Assembly (NCBI GenBank): GCA_963675755.2
Contig: CAXXMD010000002.1
Coordinates: 1,664,001-1,728,000 of the forward strand
Length of the DNA: 64,000 bases
DNA from: a bacterium
Lineage (GTDB): Bacteria; Zhuqueibacterota; Zhuqueibacteria; Residuimicrobiales; Krinioviventaceae
Direction of reading: 5' to 3'
Shown here: piece after piece, positions 1 through 10,505 of the stretch
Position numbering within the stretch: the stretch's first letter is position 1
How the letters are laid out: each line of letters starts with the position of its first letter
Translations under genes and position numbers: made by a program
Notes under the pieces: model-generated
Told to the model about the DNA's origin: nothing
Database searches by the model: none
Seen by the model: the letters and a program-made list of their open reading frames with translations, nothing else

Positions 1-248
1 TCACGACGAAAAATATTGTGGCGAGTCAACTCTACGCGTTTTTTGGGGATCCGGATATAATTTACCAACCGAATCACACTGGGCATTGGCCAGGAGCTGT
101 ATTGCGACCTTACCAAAAGCTCTCGTTTTTCAATGATCTCAACTTTTTGCAGACATACCAATATTAAAGCCTTTTTGGCATTAACTACACAAACTGGCTC
201 ATAATTCTGATTCAACAAAAGAACTTTTTTGCTCATTGTTTCCATCAT
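1..248 (-). CDS. HNH endonuclease family protein, N-terminal part (runs off window start; not in ORF track)
   Basis: Manual translation from ATG at 248 gives MMETMSKKVLLLNQNYEPVCVVNAKKALILV...MPSVIRLVNYIRIPKKRVELTRHNIFRR. This matches the VLxLNxxYEP...PSVIRL...RxNIFxRD N-terminus typical of small bacterial HNH proteins. Confidence 0.8.
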   Translation of the reverse strand, partial: MMETMSKKVLLLNQNYEPVCVVNAKKALILVCLQKVEIIEKRELLVRSQYSSWPMPSVIRLVNYIRIPKKRVELTRHNIFRR

Positions 249-348
249 ATGCCTTATAGCAAAAAGCCATAAACAGAAATTTATGATAAATAATCTAAAG
301 AGTCAAGACAATTTATTAAAACATGGGTAATAAAGGTATGATTGCAGA

Positions 349-1305
349 TTATTCTTTCCAGGCTCCCATCTTGCCGAATTTTTCAACTCGCTGGTCTAAC
401 AATTCGTTTACCGGTATTTTCTCCAGTTCCGCCAGTTCTTCTTTTACCGCAGCTTTGACAATTGCAGCAACCTGGTCATAGTCACCATGTGCCCCGCCAA
501 CAGGCTCTTTGAGTACACGATCAATAACATTCATCTTTACCAGATCATCGGGAACGACCTTGAGCGATTCTGCCATTATATCTGCCTTTGATGCATCTTT
601 GTACAAAATAGACGCACAACCTTCAGGAGATATTACCGAGTACCAGGTATTTTCCAGCATTAGCACACGGTCACCAACACCTATTCCCAGAGCTCCACCG
701 CTGGCTCCCTCGCCAATGATAACAACAATGATTGGAACTGGCAAGTGTGACATTTCAAAAAGATTCCGTGCTATAGCCTCAGCCTGACCGCGTTCTTCAG
801 CACCCAAACCGGGGTATGCTCCAATTGTATCAACTAGCGTCAAAATAGGACGATTAAACTTGGCAGCCAATTGCATTACCCGCAATGCTTTACGATAACC
901 TTCCGGGTGCGGCATACCAAAATTCCTGCGCAGTTTTTCTTTGGTCTCGCGGGCTTTTTGATGCCCAATAATTGCTATTGGCGTACCATCCAGCTTGCCA
1001 ATGCCGGCAACAATTGCAGGATCATCTCCAAAAGCTCGATCACCATGCAGCTCTACAAAATCTGTCAGCATTCGGTCTACATAATCCAGAGTATAAGGAC
1101 GCTCCGGGTGCCGTGCCAGCTGAACTCGCTGCCAACGTGACAATTTATTATATATATCGAGTTTTAATTTCTGCGCCTTGCTTTCAAGACGTTCAATTTC
1201 GTTCTTTACTTCAAGATTCTCATTTACCGAATACTCTTTTAATTCGGCAATTTTTTGCTGAATCTCTACTATGGGTCGTTCAAACTCTAATACAAATTTA
1301 TTCAT
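349..1305 (-). CDS. accA: Acetyl-CoA carboxylase carboxyltransferase subunit alpha
   Basis: Motifs LEFERP, ARHPERP, ELHGDR, NFGMPHPEGYRKA, GAEERGQ, GEGASGGALG and YSVISPEGCASIL. Confidence 0.98.
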   Translation of the reverse strand: MNKFVLEFERPIVEIQQKIAELKEYSVNENLEVKNEIERLESKAQKLKLDIYNKLSRWQRVQLARHPERPYTLDYVDRMLTDFVELHGDRAFGDDPAIVAGIGKLDGTPIAIIGHQKARETKEKLRRNFGMPHPEGYRKALRVMQLAAKFNRPILTLVDTIGAYPGLGAEERGQAEAIARNLFEMSHLPVPIIVVIIGEGASGGALGIGVGDRVLMLENTWYSVISPEGCASILYKDASKADIMAESLKVVPDDLVKMNVIDRVLKEPVGGAHGDYDQVAAIVKAAVKEELAELEKIPVNELLDQRVEKFGKMGAWKE

Positions 1306-1316
1306 AGCCCAACCAA

Positions 1317-3392
1317 TTATGGATGTTTGCGTTGTAACAAAGATTTTAATAAAATCTGCACATCAAAAACCATTGAATAATTTTTCAGATAATAAATATT
1401 GTATTTATTACGATCTTTATCGGTTTCCGAGTGACGGTTTATTTGTTCATATCCGGTTATGCCGGGTTTTAAAGATAATACCACAGGATTTTCCAAATCC
1501 GTATTTCCAGCGTAAATATCACGCCCTACAAAGCTGATTGTTCCATTTAGAATCGCGCTTAACCGGGGTAAATATTTCAATAAAATCTTTTTTTCATCTT
1601 TAAAGTGATACAATGTATATTCACGATTTGCGGAATAGTAATGGGTTTCTGCAGTTAAACTTTTTCTATTTATCCAGCGCAGCCACACATATAGCGGCGC
1701 GGTAACAATCATGAGCAGTAAAGCCAAAGTAAAATCAAAGCTCCGTTTTACTCCGCGATAAAAGTTGATGTGAAGTTTGTAATCGATATCCACAAACGGC
1801 AAATCATCAATATAATCTATAGATGCTTTACCAATGATCACATCCAGATTACTGGGGACCATTTTAAAACTTACGCCTCCGTTTGAGCCGGCGATTACTG
1901 AGAGCATCTTGTTATAATCGATACGGTCCGTAGCAAAAATCACTTCCTGTACTTTTTCCCGACGAATGATCTCATTAATATGCTGAAACGTTCCCAACAC
2001 GGGCAGTCCGGCAACCTCTTCATAATCCATCTGATTAGAAGTTAAAATGATACCGGTGATATGGTACGAATCCTGTAGATTTTTCTGTATGCGATCAACC
2101 AATGCCTTGCTTGCCTGGGCATCTCCCACAATCACTGAACGACGATGCCAGATGGAATCTCCAATCTTGTTCATAACAGAACCAAAAGACCGTCTGGCAA
2201 ACCACTTTAACAGTACCCGCCATCCCGGTAAAAAGACCAGATTTAATCCACCGGCAACCAGCACAACAAAACGGGAGAATCCCCACTGGTTCAGAAAAAA
2301 GGTAAGTGCACTGTTAACAACCCAGCCCAACAACACCGCAGAGGTACATTTGGAACCTGAATACTTGTATCGGTAATATACGCCATGGGCGGTCATGCTG
2401 AATATCCATACCAGGGTATATAACAAATGGACTTTGAGAAAAGGTAGCCAGGGAAATTCGGGATAAAATCGAAACAGGATTGCCAGAGAAAGCGACAAGG
2501 TTAGAAAAAGGAAATCAATGCCGGGTAATATCATATAGCGAATTAACGCACTGAAAAACGCAAGCATGGCACGCGCCTTGACAGCAGCGTTGAGAAACCA
2601 TGACGGTAAAATTGCATTGCTTCCGGAGAAATGCTTGTTAACAAACAAGTTCATGGCCTCATAAAACAACTTGCGCTGGGCCAAAGGACTCTTTTTAGAA
2701 CTTTCTCCTTTAAAATGGATGATCTGGGTATCAGGAACATAGTAAATCTTGTATCCACCCTGACGGATGCGATAGCACCAGTCCAGATCTTCTCCATACA
2801 TGAAAAAATCTTCATCAAAACCGCCTACCTTGTCAACGGTCTCTTTGCGTACAAGCATAAAGGAACCTGAAATGGCCTCTACTTCGTAAAACTGCTCAGG
2901 ATCAAGATAGGTCAAATTGTATCGACCGAATAATCGACTTTTGGGGAACAGGTTTGCCAGTCCCGAAATCTTGGTAAAAGCAACCCACGGTGTGGGAAAA
3001 CTGCGCCTGCATGCAAGCTGCAGCGTACCATCAGGATTCAGGATCTTGCAGGTCAGCGCACCTGCATCCGGATATGTGTCAAAGAACGATAACAATGTTG
3101 TAAAGGTGTCTTCCTGTACAATGGTATCGGGATTAATGACGCAAAGATAATCGCCCTTACTCTGCTGTATCGCCTGGTTATTGGCTTTACCAAAACCAAA
3201 GTTTTCGGTATTGGCAATCAGCTTAACATCGGGGAATCGTTTTTCAACCAATTCAACCGTACCATCAGAAGACGCATTATCAACAACGAAAATTTCGTGT
3301 TCAATATTTCGCAATGCTTTTTTTAGAGAAGTAATTGCCTGCCCTAAAAAATCGCGAACGTTGTAACTGACTATAATAACAGAAAGTGTCAA
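1317..3392 (-). CDS. GT2 glycosyltransferase fused to membrane segment, CoA-binding-like domain and degenerate bacterial sugar transferase domain
   Basis: N-terminal SVIIVSYN, VVDNASSDG, NPD and FFMYGEDLD (WbbL-like GT2); several TM helices; C-terminal KRSFD...KPGITG..QIN...YLKNYS..FDVQIL resembling Bac_transf. Confidence 0.85.
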   Translation of the reverse strand: MTLSVIIVSYNVRDFLGQAITSLKKALRNIEHEIFVVDNASSDGTVELVEKRFPDVKLIANTENFGFGKANNQAIQQSKGDYLCVINPDTIVQEDTFTTLLSFFDTYPDAGALTCKILNPDGTLQLACRRSFPTPWVAFTKISGLANLFPKSRLFGRYNLTYLDPEQFYEVEAISGSFMLVRKETVDKVGGFDEDFFMYGEDLDWCYRIRQGGYKIYYVPDTQIIHFKGESSKKSPLAQRKLFYEAMNLFVNKHFSGSNAILPSWFLNAAVKARAMLAFFSALIRYMILPGIDFLFLTLSLSLAILFRFYPEFPWLPFLKVHLLYTLVWIFSMTAHGVYYRYKYSGSKCTSAVLLGWVVNSALTFFLNQWGFSRFVVLVAGGLNLVFLPGWRVLLKWFARRSFGSVMNKIGDSIWHRRSVIVGDAQASKALVDRIQKNLQDSYHITGIILTSNQMDYEEVAGLPVLGTFQHINEIIRREKVQEVIFATDRIDYNKMLSVIAGSNGGVSFKMVPSNLDVIIGKASIDYIDDLPFVDIDYKLHINFYRGVKRSFDFTLALLLMIVTAPLYVWLRWINRKSLTAETHYYSANREYTLYHFKDEKKILLKYLPRLSAILNGTISFVGRDIYAGNTDLENPVVLSLKPGITGYEQINRHSETDKDRNKYNIYYLKNYSMVFDVQILLKSLLQRKHP

Positions 3393-3618
3393 ATCAGTCC
3401 TGTCGGGTTTCCGTTTTAATCACAGTGCCAAACTTATTAAAAATAAAAAACAATACCAAACAATTTCTGAATGATTTTCATTTTTTAACATTCACTAATT
3501 TAGCATATATTGAGGAAAAATACAACCGTGGAATTGTAAAATTACAGTAAAGGGAAAAAGTGAAAAGATAAAATACAGACCTACAATACAAAAAGGATTT
3601 GCATGTATGTGCCATTTT

Positions 3619-3808
3619 ATTCTGGTTCCAAGTCTCTGTTATTGTACGGTATTTATAATTTATTGGCCCCAAGGCAGAGCCTTGGAACCAGAATGAGTTG
3701 CTTTTTTCTCGTTCCGAGACCAACTCTTCTCTTCCCCTCTCGTTCAGGGGCTCTGCCCTGGAACGAGCTTTTTTGTAAGACCCAAGGCAAAGCATTGGAG
3801 CCAAAATA
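3619..3808. repeat. Cluster of REP-like palindromes (REPIN-like doublets)
   Basis: 14-bp inverted repeat attctggttccaag (3619) / cttggaaccagaat (3681); hairpins ccaaggcagagccttgg, ctcgttcaggggctctgccctggaacgag and cccaaggcaaagcattgg. Confidence 0.6.
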
Positions 3809-3811
3809 AAC

Positions 3812-6419
3812 TTAACTACTTTCCCCTGCCAGTGTAACCTCTACCTTGTTCTTTGCGGTTACATTTCCGTTCAAGTCTTCAACCTTGACCACCAGCTCGT
3901 ATGTGCCGGATTTAACATTACCCAGATCCAGATTGACATACACCGGCTCATCCCGGGAAGCGCCCTGGTATTCAAATGACTTACCCGTAATACCCTTGTC
4001 CCGCCTCATGATCGTATTGAACAATCCGTGCAAAACGGTAGGAGGTTCATCAATAACTACATTTTGTATAGTACAAGTCACACGATATTTTGTCTGGTCA
4101 TTTTGTCCGTAAAGCAGGTTATAGATTTCAAAATAGAGCCCTACCATCTGTCCCTTGGAAAAGGCGTTAAACATGTGAGGATAATAATAAACCTCGCCTT
4201 TTTTAAATTTCTCGCCCTGACCTTCTCCACCAATCTCAGAGGATAGTAAGATATCGCTAATTTCCAGTTGGTTGTTACTGTAATCTTTGATCTTTAAAGT
4301 ATCACGAAAGACAGCACGGCGTTTGGAGACCTGATCATAGACCTGCATTTCGTAATTATAAGTTGCGGGACCAAGATTAAAACGTTCCACATCAACTATA
4401 TTACTTTTTGCCCAACGGTTCATATCCATTTGCACATCAAGAATGGTATTTTCGTTAACGCGTTCAACCTCGTTCCAGTTGCTGTCATAAAAATTGTAAT
4501 AATTGGCCAGCTTGATTATACTTAAACCATGCGTTGTATCCAGCTGCACATTTTGTCCATCCACACTGTAATACAACTCGGTTTCGGTTTTGCCGTACTC
4601 TCCCTTGAAACTGAGATAAGTAAAAGGAACAGTCATGGGCTCGTCATCATAACGATATTTTGTGGTTTCAGTTTGTAACGCCATTTCAACGGATTCAATA
4701 CTTTTTTCTTTGATTTCTGTGCTAAAATGCTGAACAACTCCAGGTTTGGGGTGTTTATTTAAAAATGACTCCCTGCCCAGCTTTTCAAATGCAGGATCCA
4801 GGACTTCCCGATTGGCCACAGTATAGGGTACCGCTTCAATGATCCAGCCGCTTTTACCGGTGTATTTTTTAAAATGCAGGTTCAAAACACCTCTTTCATC
4901 ATTGGCATAATACTGCCATGAAATATTCATGGGCATGTTGAAGAAATATCCCGGTGCTGCAAGATTGTCACCATTTCCGGGTTTGGGGACTTTGAATTGA
5001 TTCCCTGGATTATTATTAGGACCTGAAGATCCTGCTCCTGAATAAGATTGCATATTATTGTATTGCATGCCCCCAAATCCGCTGGTAGCCATGTTTTCTA
5101 ATTTCAATCCATCAGTGATATGTTCCCTTCCATCTTCAAAGGTAAAGCTACCTTGTGATGGATGGTAATAGGTGGGTAATCCGTCACTTGATGTCACCTT
5201 ACGGTCAGGTTCACCGTGGCGTAAAAAGATCACACCCATATCATCAAACTGACGCTCTCTTGGCAAAGCGGCAATGTTATAGTAATCCCTTAAAAGCCGA
5301 TCCCCTTCAACATTAAATTGAGTATAAGGGTGATCAGAGCAATGCATTTTGTACAAGGTATCAATCTCATCCTGGCTATATAACCGCATAAAGTATTTGT
5401 GTGCTACATCCAAACGGTTATAATATTCTGCTAAAAACTCGTTGTCCGAGGTACTCAAATTGGGATCGCGCTTGTTCCAGAATCGTTTGTAAAAGTTTAA
5501 CAAAACTGAATTATCAGTTTCTTTATATTCGGTAAATTCGGTATTATCCATCAAATAACAGACCTGTTGAAACAATACGTCTCTTTCAGCATCATCTGAT
5601 ATTTCCCGTAGAGCATTCCAGTAATAATTTTCAGCAATTTTCGGTCTGCCCAATTCAAAATAATTCCTTGCGCTTAAAAGGTTGATCTCGAATTGTGAAG
5701 ACTGGGGAAAATTCTGCCGCATGGCATCCAGCCTTTTCAGGCTTGTTTTGTATTCGTCCAGATAAAACTCTATTTTGGCCATACCCAACTGGAGTTCATA
5801 GTATCCGGGATTATCATTAATGAGTTTATTTAAATCGTTCAAACAGTCATCATACTGTTGAAAAGTAATTGACAAATCAATGAGTTTTTTCAATTAATAT
5901 GTGACTGTCAGGATTATTTGCAATGCCTTCTGTCAGGGCTTTCAAGGCCTCTCCACGCCACTCTGTCTCTATATGCAGCCTGGTAATCTCGAGATATCCA
6001 TCTATAAGATGTTCGTCACGCCGGACCGCTTTTTTAAAATTATCCAACGCCTTTAAACTACCGTTTTCCATAGTCGCATAGGTTTTGCCTATCTGATAAT
6101 AAGCCATTGTGTAATCATTATCATACCGGATTGCGCGTTCAAATTTCTTAATCGCTTCATCAGGCACTCCCTGGGCTCGCTTTAGCAGTCCCATTCCATA
6201 CCAGGCCTGGGGTAATTTTTTGTTTTCATCAAGCAGCTCTTGCAGAATGCTTTCAGCTTGTTCATAGTTTTGATTTTCGATGTATTGTAAAGCGGATTGA
6301 TAAGCGGTTTGCCAGGAATTTTCACTCGCAGCAAAAAGTAATGATGAGTTTAAAAATAAATAAATCCCCAATAAGAAAACACTTTTCAAACTGACTGCAC
6401 AACGAATAAAATACAACAT
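3812..6419 (-). pseudogene. TPR + GWxTD-like domain secreted protein, split by a +1 frameshift (ORFs 5877..6419 and 3812..5893)
   Basis: The two ORFs are colinear with the intact paralog 6646..9258. Removing one A from the A6 run (plus-strand t6 at 5885-5890) gives ...LIEKLIDLS, matching the paralog's LIESLIDIA. Could equally be a sequencing error. Confidence 0.75.
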
Positions 6420-6522
6420 ACTACCCCTCCTTGTACTCGTTCATTCATTGAATCAAATGTAAAATGTTGATAAATTTCCGCAGGTATATTTAAAAACAAT
6501 CCCCTTGAATTCAAAATTTCAT

Positions 6523-6557
6523 AAAAAAGGGAAGCAAGATTAGCTCCGGCTTCCCTT
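6523..6557 (-). terminator. Probable intrinsic terminator of 6646..9258
   Basis: aagggaagc...gcttccctt stem followed by a U-run on the minus strand. Confidence 0.6.
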
Positions 6558-6571
6558 AATAATATATCACT

Positions 6572-6643
6572 TCTCGTTCATGAGCTCTGCCCAGTAACGA
6601 TCTTATTTATTGGCCCCAGGATAAAACCCTGAAACCAGAATAG
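6572..6643. repeat. Decayed REP-like doublet related to 3619..3808
   Basis: tctcgttcatgagctctgcccagtaacga and ttattggccccagg...gaaaccagaat resemble the elements downstream of the paralog. Confidence 0.5.
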
Positions 6644-6645
6644 TC

Positions 6646-9258
6646 TTAACTACTTTCCCCTGCCAGTGTAACCTCTACCTTGTTCTTTGCGGTTACATTT
6701 CCGTTCATATCCTCAACTTTGACAACCAGCTCGTATGTGCCGGGTTTGACATTACCCAGATCCAGATTGACATACACCGGCTCATCCCGGGAAGCGCCCT
6801 GGTATTCAAATGACGTACCCGTAATACCTTTGTCCCGTCTCATGATCGTATTGAACAATCCGTGCAAAACGGTGGGAGGTTCATCAATGCCTACATTTTG
6901 TATAGTACAAGTCACACGATATTTTGTCTGGTCATTTTGTCCGTAAAGCAGGTTATAGATTTCAAAATAGAGCCCTACCATCTGCCCTTTAGAAAAGGCG
7001 TTAAACATGTGAGGATAATAATAAACCTCGCCTTTTTTAAATTTTTCGCCCTGGCCTTCTCCCCCAATCTCAGAGGAAAGTAAGATATCACTAATTTCCA
7101 GTTGGTTGTTGCTGTAATCTTTAATCTCTAAAGTATCACGAAAGACAGCACGGCGTTTGGAGACCTGGTCATAGACCTGCATTTCGTAATTATAAGTTGC
7201 GGGACCAAGATTAAAACGTTCCACATCAACTATATTACTTTTTGCCCAACGGTTCATATCCATTTGTACATCAAGAATGGTATTTTCGTTAACGCGTTCA
7301 ACCTCGTTCCAGTTGCTGTCATAAAAATTGTAATAATTGGCCAGCTTGATTATACTTAAACCATGCGTCGTATCCAGCTGCACATTTTGTCCATCCACAC
7401 TGTAATACAACTCGGTTTCGGTTTTGCCGTCCTCTCCCTTGAAACTGAGATAAGTAAAGGGAACGGTCATGGGGTCTTCTGCATAGCGATATTTACTGGA
7501 TTCGGTTTGCATAGCAGCTTTAACAGATTCTATAGATTCTTCTTTGATTGTATTGGTATACTGCTGAATTACACTTGCAACCGGCTGCATACTGTTAAAT
7601 GATTCTTCACCCAGGCGTTGATAAATGGGATCCAGAAACTCGCGATTCGCAACTGTATAAGGTACAGCTTCAATAATCCAGCCGCTTTTGCCTGTATATT
7701 TCTTGAAATGAAATGTCATTACATCGTGATCATCAGTGGCATAATACTGCCATGAAATATTCATGGGCATATTGTGAAAAAAGCCATTAGATGCAAGCGA
7801 TTCACCATTAAAAGGTTGGGGGACTTTAAAATGACGGCTTGCGGTAAGCATATTACCATCCACACCTGAACCCGACGAAGTAACACCGGTGGCTTCTGTC
7901 ATGCTGGTATATTGTGTTCCGCCAAAACCGCTTGTGCCTTGGTTACCCAATTCCGCTTTTTCATTGAGGTAAGGTTGGCCGTTTACAAGAGTATTAGCAG
8001 CAGCAGATGGATGATAATAAACAGGAATTCCATCACCGGAAGTAACTTTATTATCGGGAGCGCCATGACGCATAAAAATAACACCCATGTCATCAAGCTG
8101 CCGGTCACGCGGCAGGGCAACAATGTTGTAATATTCTCTTAACAGCTTGTCACCTTCAATATTGAATTGAGAATAGGGGTGCATGGTAGCGTGGACCATA
8201 TACATCTTGTCTATATCATCCTGTGAAAAATAACGGATAAAGTATTTATGCGCAAAATCCAAACGATCGTAATACTCGGCTATAAACTCGTTATTCGATG
8301 TACTCAGATTGGGATCACGCTTGTTCCAGAAACGTTTGTAGAATGCGAACAAATCAGACATGTCCGTTTTTTGATACTCGGCATATTCATCATTATCCAT
8401 CAAATAACACACCTCATTAAACAGAATATTTACAGATGCGCTGTCTTGTAGAGCCTTTAACGCTGTCCAGTAATAGTTTTCAGCAATTTTGGGGCGCTCA
8501 AGTTGGAAATAATTTTTAGCACTTAGCAGATTAATATCAAATTGGGAAGCATCAGGGAAATTTTGGCACATTGCATCTAAACGTCTCAGGCTTTCTTTGA
8601 ATTTATCCTGATAAAACTCCATCTTTGCCATACCCAACTGGAGCTCGTAATACTCGGGATTGTCTTTTACCAGTTTATCAAAAATGGATAAACAATCATC
8701 ATATTTCTGATAAATGATTGCAATATCAATTAACGATTCGATCAATCTGGAATTATCCGGATTTTTCTTGATACCATCCTCTAACGCACCAATAGCTTCA
8801 CCAACCCATTCTACCCCTACATGCAATTTGGCAATTTCAAGATAGGCATCAATTAGGTGCTCGTCACGTCGAACAGCTTTTTTCAAATTATCGAGAGCTT
8901 TGAGATTACCGTTTTCCATGTATTTGTATGTCATACCGATTTGATAATAAGCCATTGCATAATTTTTATCATAACGGATGGCACGTTCAAATTTTTCTAT
9001 AGCGTCATCAGATTCACCCTGAGCACGCTTTAAAAGTCCCATACCATACCAGGCCTGGGGCAGCTTTTTGTTCTTGTTGAGCAGAGACTGTAATACAGTT
9101 TCAGCGTTATTATAATCCTGGTTTTCAATATAATTCAGTGCTTGTTTATAGTCACTTTTCCAGGCAGTATCAGTTTCGTTTTGAGCAAGTAGAGCAATAG
9201 AGAAAACCATAACAAGAGCAAAAATTAATAGTACATTGAATCTTTTCAAATCATACAT
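6646..9258 (-). CDS. TPR-repeat GWxTD-like domain secreted protein
   Basis: Signal peptide, N-terminal TPRs, FWNKRDPNLSTSNNEF..EYY.R...A..YF and G.IFMRHGAPD (GWxTD-family core), C-terminal ISDILL...Ig-like domain. Confidence 0.8.
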   Translation of the reverse strand: MYDLKRFNVLLIFALVMVFSIALLAQNETDTAWKSDYKQALNYIENQDYNNAETVLQSLLNKNKKLPQAWYGMGLLKRAQGESDDAIEKFERAIRYDKNYAMAYYQIGMTYKYMENGNLKALDNLKKAVRRDEHLIDAYLEIAKLHVGVEWVGEAIGALEDGIKKNPDNSRLIESLIDIAIIYQKYDDCLSIFDKLVKDNPEYYELQLGMAKMEFYQDKFKESLRRLDAMCQNFPDASQFDINLLSAKNYFQLERPKIAENYYWTALKALQDSASVNILFNEVCYLMDNDEYAEYQKTDMSDLFAFYKRFWNKRDPNLSTSNNEFIAEYYDRLDFAHKYFIRYFSQDDIDKMYMVHATMHPYSQFNIEGDKLLREYYNIVALPRDRQLDDMGVIFMRHGAPDNKVTSGDGIPVYYHPSAAANTLVNGQPYLNEKAELGNQGTSGFGGTQYTSMTEATGVTSSGSGVDGNMLTASRHFKVPQPFNGESLASNGFFHNMPMNISWQYYATDDHDVMTFHFKKYTGKSGWIIEAVPYTVANREFLDPIYQRLGEESFNSMQPVASVIQQYTNTIKEESIESVKAAMQTESSKYRYAEDPMTVPFTYLSFKGEDGKTETELYYSVDGQNVQLDTTHGLSIIKLANYYNFYDSNWNEVERVNENTILDVQMDMNRWAKSNIVDVERFNLGPATYNYEMQVYDQVSKRRAVFRDTLEIKDYSNNQLEISDILLSSEIGGEGQGEKFKKGEVYYYPHMFNAFSKGQMVGLYFEIYNLLYGQNDQTKYRVTCTIQNVGIDEPPTVLHGLFNTIMRRDKGITGTSFEYQGASRDEPVYVNLDLGNVKPGTYELVVKVEDMNGNVTAKNKVEVTLAGESS

Positions 9259-9598
9259 AGTTGTTACTCCATGGTTTACATTACGTTACTAGTATAACGA
9301 TTTAGATTGAAAAATGTTTACATATTTATCAAAACAATCCCAAAAACATTACGCATTTCGCATTAATGCTATTACACTATATTTGACAATAGAGTATAAT
9401 ACGACATTCCCAAAAAAATTCAAATAATAACAGAACTTGCTTATTCTACCAAAGTTATTATAAAAAAAACAATAGTTACTTGATCCTGGTTTAGCAAATG
9501 ACTATGTTGAATATGCTTCAGAGAAAAAATTTGTTATTTTTAAAATTGCCGCAATTTTTCCATGCGTAAAATTATTATGTAAACAATAATTCAAGTGA

Positions 9599-10504
9599 AT
9601 GGGGAATACAATGGAAAGTAAAGCTGGTCAAGAAATTCGTGCGTTTCATATTTTTCTTGTCATTTTATATATACTCTCATTTATTTCAATCATTTACTTT
9701 TTTTATAAAGGCTGGGATTATTACTCCACTCCCTTTCCCGAAAGACCCCGCCATGACGGTTACACCCTCTTGAAACCCGGTGGAGATTACGGACATGGAT
9801 TTGGCATTATTGGTTCACTCATGATGCTTGTTATGTTATTGTACTCTATACGCAAGCGTTCGCAAATATTTTCAAAACTTGGAAATATTACCAAGTGGCT
9901 TGACATTCATATCTATCTTGGAATTTTTGGTCCCTTGTTAATTATACTGCACAGTTCATTCAAAGTATATGGCCTGGTTGCAATCAGCTTTTACTCTATG
10001 CTGGCGGTTGCACTTAGTGGAATAATTGGCCGTTATCTGTATTTACAAATCCCCCATAATATTCAGGGACACGAGTTGTCATTACTTGAACTCAAAAACA
10101 TGGATACTCTACTTTCAGAAAAATTAAAAACCGAGTTTGATTTTTCAGATGAAATGATTTCGAAACTGGAGCATTTGACCAAAAGCAGCCACCTTGAATC
10201 CCGCAATTCAATGGTTTTTCTGGTTAAATTGTTATTGGATGATATATACAGAGCCAGAGTTTTCCGCAAATTTAAAAAAGAAAATGCTTTTATAAAGAAA
10301 TTGCCACCAAAACAGGTAAAAGACCTTGTAAAAATAGCACGCAATAAAGTGATCCTTCATCGTAGAATTCTTGCATTAAATAAAATACAACAGATCTTTC
10401 ACTATTGGCACGTTATTCATAAACCTTTTGCTATCATTATGATCATAATCATGTTTGTTCATATTGCAATTGCAATCACATTTGGATATAAATGGATTTT
10501 CTAA
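9599..10504 (+). CDS. His-rich polytopic membrane protein, putative cytochrome b-like partner of multiheme cluster
   Basis: About 5 TM helices with His in or near membrane segments (GHGFG, WLDIHIYLG, LHSS, YWHVIHKP, VHIAI); first gene of the cytochrome operon. Confidence 0.65.
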   Translation: MGNTMESKAGQEIRAFHIFLVILYILSFISIIYFFYKGWDYYSTPFPERPRHDGYTLLKPGGDYGHGFGIIGSLMMLVMLLYSIRKRSQIFSKLGNITKWLDIHIYLGIFGPLLIILHSSFKVYGLVAISFYSMLAVALSGIIGRYLYLQIPHNIQGHELSLLELKNMDTLLSEKLKTEFDFSDEMISKLEHLTKSSHLESRNSMVFLVKLLLDDIYRARVFRKFKKENAFIKKLPPKQVKDLVKIARNKVILHRRILALNKIQQIFHYWHVIHKPFAIIMIIIMFVHIAIAITFGYKWIF

Positions 10505-10505
10505 A

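Noticed and set aside
3478-3809. Two short overlapping ORFs (108 aa minus, 68 aa plus)
   Set aside because: They span REP-like palindromes and show no recognisable protein features.
5877-5895. Programmed -1 ribosomal frameshift
   Set aside because: Restoring the frame needs +1 (or -2), and the A6 run is short for efficient transcriptional slippage.
3812-9258. Diversity-generating retroelement (TR/VR pair)
   Set aside because: The near-identical region is about 800 bp of coding sequence in both copies, the differences I checked are not adenine-specific, and there is no reverse transcriptase in the window.
9542-9558. Palindrome aaaattgc-c-gcaatttt upstream of the cytochrome operon
   Set aside because: Short and AT-rich with no match to a motif I can name (not FNR, Fur or Rex); may be chance.
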